Below, piece by piece: positions 1 through 10,502 of a stretch of DNA of 64,000 bases. The number at the start of each line of letters is the position of its first letter. Within the stretch, counting starts at the first letter, position 1. The notes under the pieces were generated by a model. It saw nothing but the letters and a program-made list of their open reading frames with translations. It searched no databases and was not told the DNA's origin. The stretch is taken from assembly GCA_030390025.1 (NCBI GenBank), contig CM059433.1:30692001-30756000 (forward strand), read 5' to 3'. The translations under genes and the position numbers were made by a program. Source of the DNA: Squalus acanthias. Its lineage: Eukaryota.

Positions 1-254
1 GGCCAGGTGACCAAAAGCTTGGCCAAAGAGGCAGGTTTTAAGGAGCATCTTAATGGAGGAGGGAGAGGCAGAGAGGTTTAGGGAGGGAATTCCAAAAAAA
101 GATGATTGACCCAAGAACAGCAACAGTCCTTACAATCTATAGACAAGAAGTCCTGAGATGTTGATGAGTAATGTTAATATACATTGTCTGGTTTTGGGCA
201 ATATGACATTATTTCAACTCTCAATACACATATCATTTACATAGTAGTGTTGAT

Positions 255-625
255 TTACATAGAATTACATAGATTTTACAGCACAGAAACAGGCCATTTG
301 GCCCAACAGGTCTATGCCGGTGTTTATGCTCCACTCGAGCCTCCTCCCACCCCTCTTCATCTCACCTTATCAGCATATCCTTCTATTCCTTTCTCCCTCA
401 TGCACTTATCTAGCTTCCCCTTAAATGCATCTATGCTATTCTTCTCAACTACACCATGTGGTAGCGAGTTCCACATTCTCACCACTCTCTGAGTAAAGAA
501 GTTTCTCCTGAATTCCTTATTGGATTTATTAGTGACTATCTTATATTTGTGTCGTCAAGTTTTGAACTCTGCACAAGTGGAGACATCTTCTCTATTTCTA
601 CCCTCTCAAACCCCTTCAGATTCTT
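255..625 (-). mobile_element. CR1 3' fragment
   Basis: Reverse complement of the CR1 ORF2 end, 3'UTR and octamer tail. Related copies at about 13625-13818 (-) and 47690-48050 (+). Confidence 0.8.
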
Positions 626-1684
626 AAATACCTCGACTAGTTCCTATTCCATTCACACCTTATTCAAAGCACCTTGAACTCAATTGAATTTTCTGATCAG
701 AAGACAGCGGCCTATCTCGATGGGACTACTGGAAGTGTTCTTGTCGCACATTGTTACATAACAACTTTGTGATCAAGCATTAACATGTCCCTGTCCCTTT
801 CAAAGAGGCACAGGGCTACAAGATACTGGGGGAAAAATTCATTCTCGCCCAGAAAGCAGTGGGTGTCCTCACCAACTGCCGTTAACGGCCGCCCGAAATG
901 GCCGCCGCGCTAAACAAGGTAAATTGGTGTGGGGGGCATGGTGGTAGGTGGCGCAGCGCTAACCTTAGGTGCAACGCCATCATGGTGGCGTTGCACGAGG
1001 GATCCGGGACCAATTTGTAGTCCTGGTGCGGAGTTGGTGCTTCCCCGAGCGTCTGTGTGCGAGGCTGTGAGTCTCGGAATGCATTGTGGGCAGTGAGGAG
1101 CTCGGAAATTTAAATTGGCCATGCACATTGAAGCAAGGCAAAATAAAATGCACTGATTCAATACATTTTTCAGCCCTTTCTGTCTTTTAACAAATAATTC
1201 ATATTTAAAAGAACTTCCAAATGTCAATATTCAGCAATTAAAGCTGAATTACCTTCCTAAACTCAACAAATGGGAAAACTGCCTCAGCACTACCATAAAT
1301 GGCTCAGCAAGCCAGGGCAGGGTCACTGAGGGTCTCACACAGCACTCCAACTTTGTGCAGGGGGTCAACACTGCAAGACTGGCCTTCTACCCACAGGGGT
1401 CAGGAGGCCCTCCAGAAAGAACAAGGTGGGAGTACATTACCGAGGCCATCACTGCCAGCAGTGTCGCCCCCCACACCACCTAGCTCCAGTGCCCAAAGAA
1501 GCTTCATGACCTCAGACCACTGGTCAAGGTCAGTAAATGCATCTTCAAAAGCCATCTCCTACCAACTGCACCACTAGCCTCACACACTGCTCAATGCAGG
1601 ACCCGCAGTCACTCACCTACCAACAATCTGCACCAATGACGAAGCACATCTGCCATTCCTAGCCTCACCTCACCCCCTTGGTGG

Positions 1685-2278
1685 TCATATGAGGAGAGGT
1701 TGGGTAGATTGGGACTCTACTCATTGGAGTTCAGAAGAATGAGAGGCGATCTTATTGAAACATATAAGATTGTGAAGGGGTTGGATCGGGTGGATGCGGG
1801 GAGGATGTTCCCGATGACGGGTGAGACGAGAACTAGGGGACATAGTCTTAGAATAAGGGGCTGCTCTTTCAAAACTGAGATGAGGAGGAACTACTTCACT
1901 CAGAGGGTGGTAGGTCCATGGAATATGCTGCCACAAAAAGCTGTAGAAGCTACAACATTAATTAAATTTAAAACAGAAATAGACAGTTTCCTAGAAGTAA
2001 AGGGCATTAAGGGTTACGGGGAGCGGGCAGGAATTTGGACATGAGTCTAGGTTCGGATCGGTCATGGCCCTGTGGGTAGTGGAGCGGGCCCAGGGACTGT
2101 GTAGCCTGATTCTGCTCCTATTTCGTGTGTGCAATTCTGTTAGATGCAGGAGATGGTTCTGTGATAGATAGTAGATTGGCGGTTAGGATCAGATCAGCCA
2201 TGATCTTATTGAATGGCGGAGCAGGCTCGAGGGGCCGATTGGCCTACTCCTGCTCCTATTTCTTATGTTCTTATGTTC
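1685..2278 (+). mobile_element. CR1 3' fragment
   Basis: LGLYSLEFRRMRGDLIETYK...IKGYG ORF2 end; two 3'UTR-like copies; (TTCTTATG)n tail. Confidence 0.9.
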
Positions 2279-2747
2279 TTGGAGGAGACGGTGCTGGCCA
2301 TTCTTGGCAGGGGCATGGCTGAGCCCTTGGCCAGCGGCAGGGCTGAAAGGATACAAGATGCGGGTATCCTGGTACATTATCCTCCTTCTGGCATGCACCT
2401 CTAGGCCTCCCGCTCTCCCGTCAGCACAACTCCACCCTTGTGCCTTTCTCATTTCACACACCCAAGAAATGCATCCTGCCCAGCCAGTGGGACCGCAGGC
2501 GGATGATTCCATCCCGGATATGCCGGCCACAAAGCGGCTGTCTGGGATGCATCCTTCCGTCTGATTGCTCCTCTTTGGCTTGATCCTCTTCGACTTCCTC
2601 CTCTTCTGTGTCTTCCTCTTCCCTCTGCAAGAGGACGCTGTAAATGTGAAATGACAGCATAAAATGCTGTAAGTACTCAGTTGGTCAGGCAACATATTGA
2701 CCTGAGACATGAACTCCACGGATGTTGCGTGACCTGCTGAGTATTTT

Positions 2748-3248
2748 CGCTCAGGCCAACATCCCCAGCATCGACGCTTTGACCACGCTCGATCAGCTCC
2801 GATGGACGGGCCACATCGTCCACATGCCCGATACGAGACTCCCAAAACAAGTGCTCTACTCGGAGCTCCGACACGGCAAGAGAGCCCCAGGTGGGCAGAG
2901 GAAACGCTTCAAGGACACCCTCAAAGCCTCCTTGAAAAAGTGCAACATCCCCACTGACACCTGGGAATCCCTGGCCCAAGACCGCACAAAGTGGAGGAGA
3001 AGCATCCGGGAAGGCGCCGAACACCTCGATTCTCTTCGCCGGGAGCAAGCAGAAGCCAAGCGCAAACAGCGGAAGGAGCGCACGTCAACACAAGCACTCC
3101 ACCCTCCCGCCCCTTCAACCACCATCTGCCCCACCTGTGACAGAGACTGTAGGTCCTACACTGGACTCATCAGTCACCTGAGAACTCATTTTTAGTGTAG
3201 AAGCAAGTCATCCTCGGTTCCGAGGGACTGCCTAAGAAGAGAAGAAGA
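2748..3248 (+). mobile_element. RTE-clade LINE 3' fragment
   Basis: QLRWTGHIVHMPDTRLPKQVLYSEL...GGQRKRFKDTLK; C-terminal CPTC...HLRTH zinc finger; (GAA)n tail. Confidence 0.88.
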
Positions 3249-4392
3249 TTCGCAGCATCTTCTGTCTTCTCAAAGGCGTTCACTTACCATCCAAGCACTT
3301 GCAAGAGTCCAGCAGCACTCCCTAAACACTTTAAAAACTTTTTCACATCTATTGCAGCAAGTCACCACTTCAATAAAATAAAAATACCCAGTCCAAACCC
3401 TTCCATTCAAACTTACCTGATTGATGTGTGTGTCCCTTTAACAGCTGCAGATATCGCCCCTGTCAGCATCTGTCAGCCTGCTTGCATGCCAGGTTAACCT
3501 AGCGTGCTTAGGACCCAGCGCTGATTTGAGCGCTAGGGTCGAAGTTCGCGTAGGTGACGTTAAGCTGGCGTTGCACGCTGACTGACGTCACCACGCTGCC
3601 ATTTTTTTCAGGGCGCTGCCAGTTACTGGCAGTACAAAGGGGGCGACCAATATGGAGGCCGCCAGCGGGACTGCCTCCCGCTGGCGCAAGAGCGGCGTCC
3701 GCCATTTTTTCACGCAGGTGGCAGTAAGGACATCAATTTCTCGCCCATTGTCTTTGGGCACATAGCAGACTTCTAATGAAGGTGCAGCCTCCATTTTGAG
3801 TCTGGTGTATAAAACCACTTTTTTGAAAACAAGAGAACCATCAACACAAATATTACTTTTTGTCATGCTCAATGGTGGCAAAGTCTTGACAATAAGGAAT
3901 GATACAACTTGCGGCGGGGGGGGGGGGGGGGGGGAGGCGTTGTTTGCTAGAAAGATGGAAATTCAAAAAGGACAAACAATACCTGTCAGTTTGCCATCAT
4001 TACCCACCGCAAAATCCGAGCCAAGATAGTTTTAATAATTAAACAGCACAGATTATTAAAAAAGCTCCTTTGAAATTTATTGGTGTATTGTCAGTTTGGA
4101 AAAATTGAAAATCTTTCTAACTTTAAATGTAGCATTTCACTTCAGGATTGAATCAACTGCTAGCTTCTAATAGATGGCAAAGGTGTCCCTTGAAATTAAG
4201 ATCATATATAACCTCACAAGGGTAAAATTAACGAGCATTACTGTTGAAATACTTCACCAACTGAGTTAAATAAAAACAGAAAGAATTCCTGTTCAAAAGA
4301 AATGGTCTTTCTTTAAAAATGTTGCCCAACTCGTGTAGTAAATAATTGAGGAAGAGAAAGAAAATATATTATGATGCTTTTGATAATTGTAC

Positions 4393-4581
4393 CTGCTTCA
4401 CAGCTTTCTCCTCCATACTGTGATGAGCAGTGACATTTCACTTTTCCAATATCCAAATCCTCGCAGGTTGCCCCATTCAGGCAAGGACCGTCTGCACAAG
4501 ACACCGTCGTTGCTATGGAGACAGTTGTCAAGGAGATGGCAGGGGCATGTACAGAAGAGGGAATAATTGATGGCCAGACAT
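4393..4581 (-). CDS. EYS: Exon of the same gene: Ser/Thr linker plus EGF domain, (D)VWPSIIPSSVHAPAISLTTVSIATTVSCADGPCLNGATCEDLDIGKVKCHCSSQYGGESCEA
   Basis: Acceptor ttttttgttctag| and donor GCAG|gtacaa; 189 nt, phase 1-1, open frame, six-Cys EGF pattern. In frame with the phase-1 donor at 46869. Assignment to EYS is by strand, position and phase. Confidence 0.78.
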
Positions 4582-5214
4582 CTAGAACAAAAAAAGTGTG
4601 TTAGGTGTCAAAACATTACAGCACAAAAAATGAGAACTGCCATCAAACAATGTCACATGGTAAGATCACTAAATGGAAACATATTTTAGGATGATATATC
4701 TGTGAGAAAAGATAATAAAAATGAATAACCTCACAGCAAGTTCCCCGATTAATCATTATGTCCCGTCTCTACCTTACCCAGTCATCTTCATTCTCATGAT
4801 TTATCACAAGGAGGAACTAATATTGCAGAGAAATGAGAGCAGATTAGATTAAATTAGCTCACTTGCTACTTCTGGTTTCTAATATCTTCCTTCACTATGC
4901 GATTATGAGTAAACATCAGAAACCCAGTCGCAGATGTTCTCATTTATTTAGACGTAAGTGCCGCAAGTGTGTGCTAATGAAAAGTCGACCGAAATTGAGA
5001 GGAGCTCCCCGGAAACAGCCAATGGGAATGAGAGGGAAGAGCTTCTGTTGTACACTGTAAAGACAGTGACAGAAGCAGATAAACTCATTTATTACCAAAC
5101 AAAGTCGGGGGTGCAATCTGTGAACCCTTGATCCGTGAAACATAGGACAACTTGATTGATCAAACCCAGTCATCCTTTTTGTGTTAACCTTATGAATGAT
5201 ACTTCAGAAGATAA

Positions 5215-5583
5215 GAATTCATAGAATCATAAAAGTTTATGGCACAGAAGGAGGCCATTAGGACCATTGTGTCTGTGCCGGACGACAAAGAGCTATCCAG
5301 CCTAATCCCACTTTCCAGCTCTTGGTTCGTAGCCTTGTAGGTTGCGGCACTTCAAGTTTATATCCAAGTACTTTTTAAATGCATTGAGGGTTTCTGCCTC
5401 TACCACCCTTTCAGGCAGTGAGTTCCAGACCCCCACCATCCTCTGGGTGAAAAAAGTTCTCCTCAACTCTCCTCTAAACCTGCTACCAATTTACTTTAAA
5501 TCTACGTCCCCTGGTTATTGACCTTTCTGCTAGGGGAAATAGGTCCTTTCTATCAACACTATCTAGGCCCCTCATAATTTTAT
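5215..5583 (-). mobile_element. CR1 3' fragment
   Basis: (ATTCTATG)n tail and CR1 ORF2 end; same subfamily as 12586-12968 (+), 43590-43817 (+) and 53277-54492 (+). Confidence 0.85.
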
Positions 5584-6612
5584 CTCCCCATCTCTAGATA
5601 TTTTATAACACAAGGAAATGGTCCGTGGCAGTCAGGTAAGTGCGTTGGGGTGGGGTGCGTGGGCCGACAGGGATCACTTGAAAGCATTTAGGGTACAACG
5701 CTGCTACTGTGGTTATGTCAACATATGTGCGAACTTGAGTAAGTTTTGTGACCTAAATGTAGCCTGAAAACCAACTAACATACTTGGATGCTTTGATCCA
5801 AGTAGAACATTCTTAGATAGAGGACCATCAAGCCAGGGGACCAACCCTGGTTCAATAAGGAGTGTAGAAGAGCATGCCAGGAGCAGCACCAGGCATACCT
5901 AAAAATGAGGTGCCAACCTGGGGAAGCTGCAACACAGGACTACATGCATGCTAAAAAGCAGAAGCAGCATAATATAGACAGGACTAAGCGATCCCACAAT
6001 CAACGGATCAGATCAAAGCTCTGCAGTCCTGCCACATCCAGTCGTGCATGGTGGTGGACCATTAAACAACTAATGGGAGGAGGAGGCTCCATGAATATCT
6101 CCATCCTCAATGATGGTGGAGCCCAGCACGTGAGTGCAATAGACAAGGCTGAAGCATTTGCAACCATCTTCAGCCAGAAGTGCCGACTGGATGATCCATA
6201 TCGGCCTACTCCCGAGGTCCCCACCATCACAGAAGCCAGTCTTCAACCAATTCGATTCACTCCACAAGATATCAAGGAATGGCTGAGTGCACTGGATACA
6301 GCAAAGGCTATGGACCCTGACAACATCCCGGCTATCGTACTGAAGACTTGTGCTCCGGAACTAGCCGCGCCTCTAGCCAAGCTGTTCCAGTACAGCTACA
6401 ACACTGGCATCTATCCGACAATGTGTAAAACTGCCCAGGTATGTCCTGTCCACAAAAAGCAGGAAAAATCCAACCCGGCCAATTACCGCCCCATCAGTCT
6501 ACTCTCAATCATACATAGATACATAGATACATAGAAGATAGGAGCAGGAGTAGGCCATCCGGCCCTTCGAGCCTGCTCCGCCATTTAATGAGATCATGGC
6601 TGATCCTTCAAT

Positions 6613-9558
6613 TCAGTATCCCGTCCCCGCCTTCTCTCCGTAACCCTTAACCCCTTTTGCCTGTAGAAATATATCTAATTCCCTCTTAAATATATTTAAT
6701 GAGCTGGCGTACACTGCCCTCTGTGGCAATGAGTTCCACAGGTTCACCACTCTCTGAGTGAAGAAATTCCCCCTCATTTCTGTCCTAAATGGTTTAGCCC
6801 TTATCCTTAAATTATGTCCTCTAGTTCTGTTCTCACCCGCCAAGGGAAACATTCCTTCTGCATCTAATCTGTCTAGACCTGTCAGAATTTTATACACTTC
6901 TATGAGGTCCCCTCTCAATCTTCTAAACTCCAGTGTGTACATCCCTAAACTACATAGTCTCTCCTCATAGGTCAATCCCGCCATTCCTGGTATCAGCCTG
7001 GTGAATCGCCGCTGCACCCCCTCCATGGCAAGAACATCTTTCCTCAGATGAGGCGACCAAAACTGTACACAGTACTCGAGGTGTGGTCTCACCAGTGCCC
7101 TGTACAGCTGCAGCAAGGTATCCCTGTTCCTGTATTCCAACCCTTTTGCTATGAAGGCCAGCATACCGTTTGCCTTCTTGACCGCCTGTTGCACCTGCAT
7201 GCTCGCCTTCAGTGACTGGTGTACAAGAACACCCAGGTCTCTCTGTACTTCCCCCTCTCCCAATTTATTGCCATTTAAATAATAATTTGCCCTCCCGTTC
7301 CTGCACCCAAGGTGGATAACTTCGCACTTGTCCACATTATAGTGCATCTGCCATTTATCCGCCCAATCACCCAGTCTGTCCAAATCGCTCTGGAGCTTCC
7401 TGGTCTCCTCCTCTGAGCCCACCCCCCCTCCTAGTTTAGTGTCGTCTGCAAATTTGGAAATGCTGCATTCGACTCCCTGATCCAGGTCATTAATATAAAT
7501 TGTGAACAGCTGGGGACCCAGGACAGATCCCTGTGGTACCCCACTTGTTACTGCCTGCCATTCAGAAAATGAGCCGTTTATTCCAACTCTCTGTTTTCTA
7601 TCTGACAGCCAGTTCTCTATCCACGTCAATACTTTCCCCTTTATCCCATGAGCTTCAATTTTCCATGCTAATCTTTTATGTGGGACCTTATCGAAGGCCT
7701 TTTGGAAGTCCAGGTACACCACATCTACTGGCTCTCCCCCATCTATTTTACCAGTTACTCCCTCAAAAAATTCCAATAGATTAGTCAAGCACGATTTACC
7801 CTTTGTAAATCCATGTTGACTCTGTCCTATCCTGTCCCCATTTGCTAAGTGCTCGGCTATTTCATCCTTAATGATGGACTCCAGCATTTTGCCCACAACT
7901 GATGTAAGGCTTACAGGTCTGTAATTACCTGCTTTTTCCCTACCCCCCTTTTTGAATAGTGGGGTAACGTTAGCTACCCTCCAATCCATGGGCACTGTTC
8001 CCGATTCTAATGAATTCTGAAAAATCATGCTTAGTGCATCCGCTATCTCTAGGGCCACCTCCTTCAGTACCCTAGGATGCATGTTATCAGGCCCTGGGGA
8101 TTTGTCCGCCTTCAATCCCTTTAGCTTCCTTAACACCATATCCTTAGAGATATTGATTTGCGTCAGTTCCTCCTTTGCCAATGTCCCTATTTTTCCCGAT
8201 ATCCCAGGGAGGTTTTTTGTGTCTTCCTTCGTGAAGACTGACCCAAAGTATGCATTTAGTTGGTCTGCCATTTCCTTATTTCCCATTATATATTCCCCCG
8301 TATCTGACTGCAATGGACCAACTTTGGTTTTCACCAGTCTTTTCCTCTTGATATACTTATAAAAGCTTTTGGAGTTAGTTTTTATATTTTCCGCCAGCTT
8401 GCTTTCGTAAGCTATTTTGCCCTTCTTGATTAAGCCCTTTGCCCTCCTTTGCTCTATCTTAAACTGTTCCCAATCTTCCGCTCTGGCGCGTTTTTTGGCT
8501 ATTTTATACGCCCTATCTTTGGATTTTATGCTGTCTCTAATTTCCCCTGTTATCCACGGTTGAGTCACCTTTTTAGATTTCCTTTTATGCCAGATTGGTA
8601 TAAACAATTTTTGCAATTTTGTCATTCTATCTTTAAATGCTTGCCATTGTTTATCTACCTCCAGTCCTCCCAGGAACGTTGTCCAATCAGACCTACTCAG
8701 TTCCCGTCTAATGGCATCATAATTCCCCTTGTTTAAATTCAGGACCTGAGTCTCTGAGTCAATTTCTTCGCTCTCCATTTCGAGTGAGAAATCGATCATG
8801 TTATGATCGCTCTGACCCAAGGGTCCCCGTACAACAAGATTACTAATTAGTCCCTTCTCATTGCACAGTACCCAGTCCAATATAGCCTGTTCCCGAGTTG
8901 GTTCCTCGACATATTGATCCAGATAACCATCCCTTAAACACTCAAGGAATTCCTCCTCCTCATTATTTTTACTGATTAGGCTAGTCCAATCTATATGTAA
9001 GTTAAAGTCACCTATGATGACAGCTGTGCTCTTATTGCACGCTTCTCTAATTTCCCTCGTGATGCCCTCCCCAACCTCTATTTTACTATTTGGAGGCCTA
9101 TATACCACTCCTATTAATGTTTTTCGCCCCTCGCTATTTCTTAGCTCCACCCATATAGATTCTGTATTAACTGAGTTAATATCCTTCCTTTCAATTGCAT
9201 TTATCCCCTCTTTTACCAGCAATGCTACCCCTCCTCCCTTTCTTTTTTGTCGATCCTTCCTAAATACTGAATACCCCTGTATGTTAAGCTCCCAGCCCTG
9301 CTCACCCTGCAACCATGTTTCCGTAATCCCAATTAGATCATAATTATTAACCTCTATTTCCACAGCTAATTCATCTACCTTGTTCCTGATGCTTCTCGCA
9401 TTAAGGTATAAAACCCTCAGGCTTTTTTTATGCTCACATTTTTTATGAATTAGTTTGGCCCTTTGTTTTTTGTTCCTCTCCTTTTTACCATTTATTTCTG
9501 TCTGCCTTTCACTTTCCTCTATTTCACTACATGGGTTTCTAGCCCCCTGCCATACTAG
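6613..9558 (-). CDS. CR1 ORF2: apurinic-like endonuclease plus reverse transcriptase
   Basis: The frame is open from 9558, upstream of the GTG start used in the ORF track. Motifs [48 protein letters not shown]. 981 sense codons. Confidence 0.95.
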   Translation of the reverse strand, partial: LVWQGARNPCSEIEESERQTEINGKKERNKKQRAKLIHKKCEHKKSLRVLYLNARSIRNKVDELAVEIEVNNYDLIGITETWLQGEQGWELNIQGYSVFRKDRQKRKGGGVALLVKEGINAIERKDINSVNTESIWVELRNSEGRKTLIGVVYRPPNSKIEVGEGITREIREACNKSTAVIIGDFNLHIDWTSLISKNNEEEEFLECLRDGYLDQYVEEPTREQAILDWVLCNEKGLISNLVVRGPLGQSDHNMIDFSLEMESEEIDSETQVLNLNKGNYDAIRRELSRSDWTTFLGGLEVDKQWQAFKDRMTKLQKLFIPIWHKRKSKKVTQPWITGEIRDSIKSKDRAYKIAKKRARAEDWEQFKIEQRRAKGLIKKGKIAYESKLAENIKTNSKSFYKYIKRKRLVKTKVGPLQSDTGEYIMGNKEMADQLNAYFGSVFTKEDTKNLPGISGKIGTLAKEELTQINISKDMVLRKLKGLKADKSPGPDNMHPRVLKEVALEIADALSMIFQNSLESGTVPMDWRVANVTPLFKKGGREKAGNYRPVSLTSVVGKMLESIIKDEIAEHLANGDRIGQSQHGFTKGKSCLTNLLEFFEGVTGKIDGGEPVDVVYLDFQKAFDKVPHKRLAWKIEAHGIKGKVLTWIENWLSDRKQRVGINGSFSEWQAVTSGVPQGSVLGPQLFTIYINDLDQGVECSISKFADDTKLGGGVGSEEETRKLQSDLDRLGDWADKWQMHYNVDKCEVIHLGCRNGRANYYLNGNKLGEGEVQRDLGVLVHQSLKASMQVQQAVKKANGMLAFIAKGLEYRNRDTLLQLYRALVRPHLEYCVQFWSPHLRKDVLAMEGVQRRFTRLIPGMAGLTYEERLCSLGMYTLEFRRLRGDLIEVYKILTGLDRLDAEGMFPLAGENRTRGHNLRIRAKPFRTEMRGNFFTQRVVNLWNSLPQRAVYASSLNIFKRELDIFLQAKGVKGYGEKAGTGY

Positions 9559-10502
9559 TTTAAATGCTCCCGAACTGCTTTATCAAAATTTACCCCGAGA
9601 ACCTCAGTTCCATCTTTGCACAGGTGTAGACCGTCCCTTTTGTATAGGTCACACCTACCACAAAACTGGTCCCAATGCCTCAAAAATTTAAAACCCTCCC
9701 TCTTACACCACTGCTCAAGCCACGTATTTAGCCTAACTATCCTGTTCTCTGTACTCTTACTAGCACGTGGCACTGGTAGTAATCCAGAGATTACTACCTT
9801 CGAGGTCCTACTTTTTAGCTTGGCTCCTAACTCCCTAAATTCTACTTGTAGGACCTCTTCCCTTTTTTTAGCTACGTCGTTGGTACCAACATGTATCACG
9901 ACAACTGGCTGTTCCCCCTCCCCCTCCAGAATGTTCTGCACCCGCGCCGAGACATCCTTGACCCTTGCACCAGGGAGGCAAATTACCATCCTGGAGTCTC
10001 GGTCGCGACCACAGAAACTCCTATCTATTCCCCTTACAATCGAATCCCCTATTACTATAGCCCTGCCACTCTTTTTCCCTCCCTTCTTTGCAACAGAGCC
10101 AGTCATGGTGCCATGAGCCTGGCTGCTGGTGCCTTCCCCCGATGAGTCATCCCCCCCGACAACAGCACCTAAGGCAGTGAACCTGTTGCTGAGGGAGACA
10201 ACCCCAGGGGATTCCTGCACTACCTTCCTGCCCTTGCTCTGCCTTTTGGTCACCCATGTACTATCTACTCTGGCCTTAACCTGCGGTGTGACCAACTCAC
10301 TAAATGTGCTATTCACAACCCTCTCAGAATCGTGGATGCTCCAAAGTGAGTCCATCCGCAGCTCAAGGGCCGTCATGCGGTCCCACATGAGCTGCAGCTG
10401 GACACACTTCCCGCCCACATGGTTGTCAGGGACACAGGAAGCGTCCATGATTTCCCACATGTTACAGGAGGAGCATGACACAGGTCCGAGCTCTACTGCC
10501 AT
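9555..10502 (-). CDS. CR1 ORF1: N-terminal zinc finger/leucine zipper plus SGNH (GDSL-type) esterase domain
   Basis: 315-aa ORF; CSSC...GGKC finger; esterase blocks VIGDSIVR, IHVGTND and DGLHL. Confidence 0.93.
   Translation of the reverse strand: MAVELGPVSCSSCNMWEIMDASCVPDNHVGGKCVQLQLMWDRMTALELRMDSLWSIHDSERVVNSTFSELVTPQVKARVDSTWVTKRQSKGRKVVQESPGVVSLSNRFTALGAVVGGDDSSGEGTSSQAHGTMTGSVAKKGGKKSGRAIVIGDSIVRGIDRSFCGRDRDSRMVICLPGARVKDVSARVQNILEGEGEQPVVVIHVGTNDVAKKREEVLQVEFRELGAKLKSRTSKVVISGLLPVPRASKSTENRIVRLNTWLEQWCKREGFKFLRHWDQFCGRCDLYKRDGLHLCKDGTEVLGVNFDKAVREHLN

Larger units (their letters stand above)
827..3746. mobile_element. Degenerate PIF/Harbinger DNA transposon carrying nested insertions
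   Basis: Imperfect TIRs gggggaaaaatt / aatttctcgccc. Plus-strand remnant QCPKKLHDL at about 1487-1513 resembles the Myb/SANT QCRKKFNDL motif. Minus-strand acidic tail EEEDTEEEEVEE...IRDGIIRLR (about 2490-2625) resembles a HARBI1-like transposase C-terminus. Confidence 0.6.

Noticed and set aside
2189..2845. 218-aa minus-strand ORF
   Set aside because: Crosses RTE, Penelope, Harbinger and CR1 fragments; a chance chimeric frame.
6613..9363. 916-aa ORF2 start given by the ORF track
   Set aside because: The start is a GTG inside the endonuclease domain; the frame is open for 65 further codons upstream, including the LYLNARS motif.
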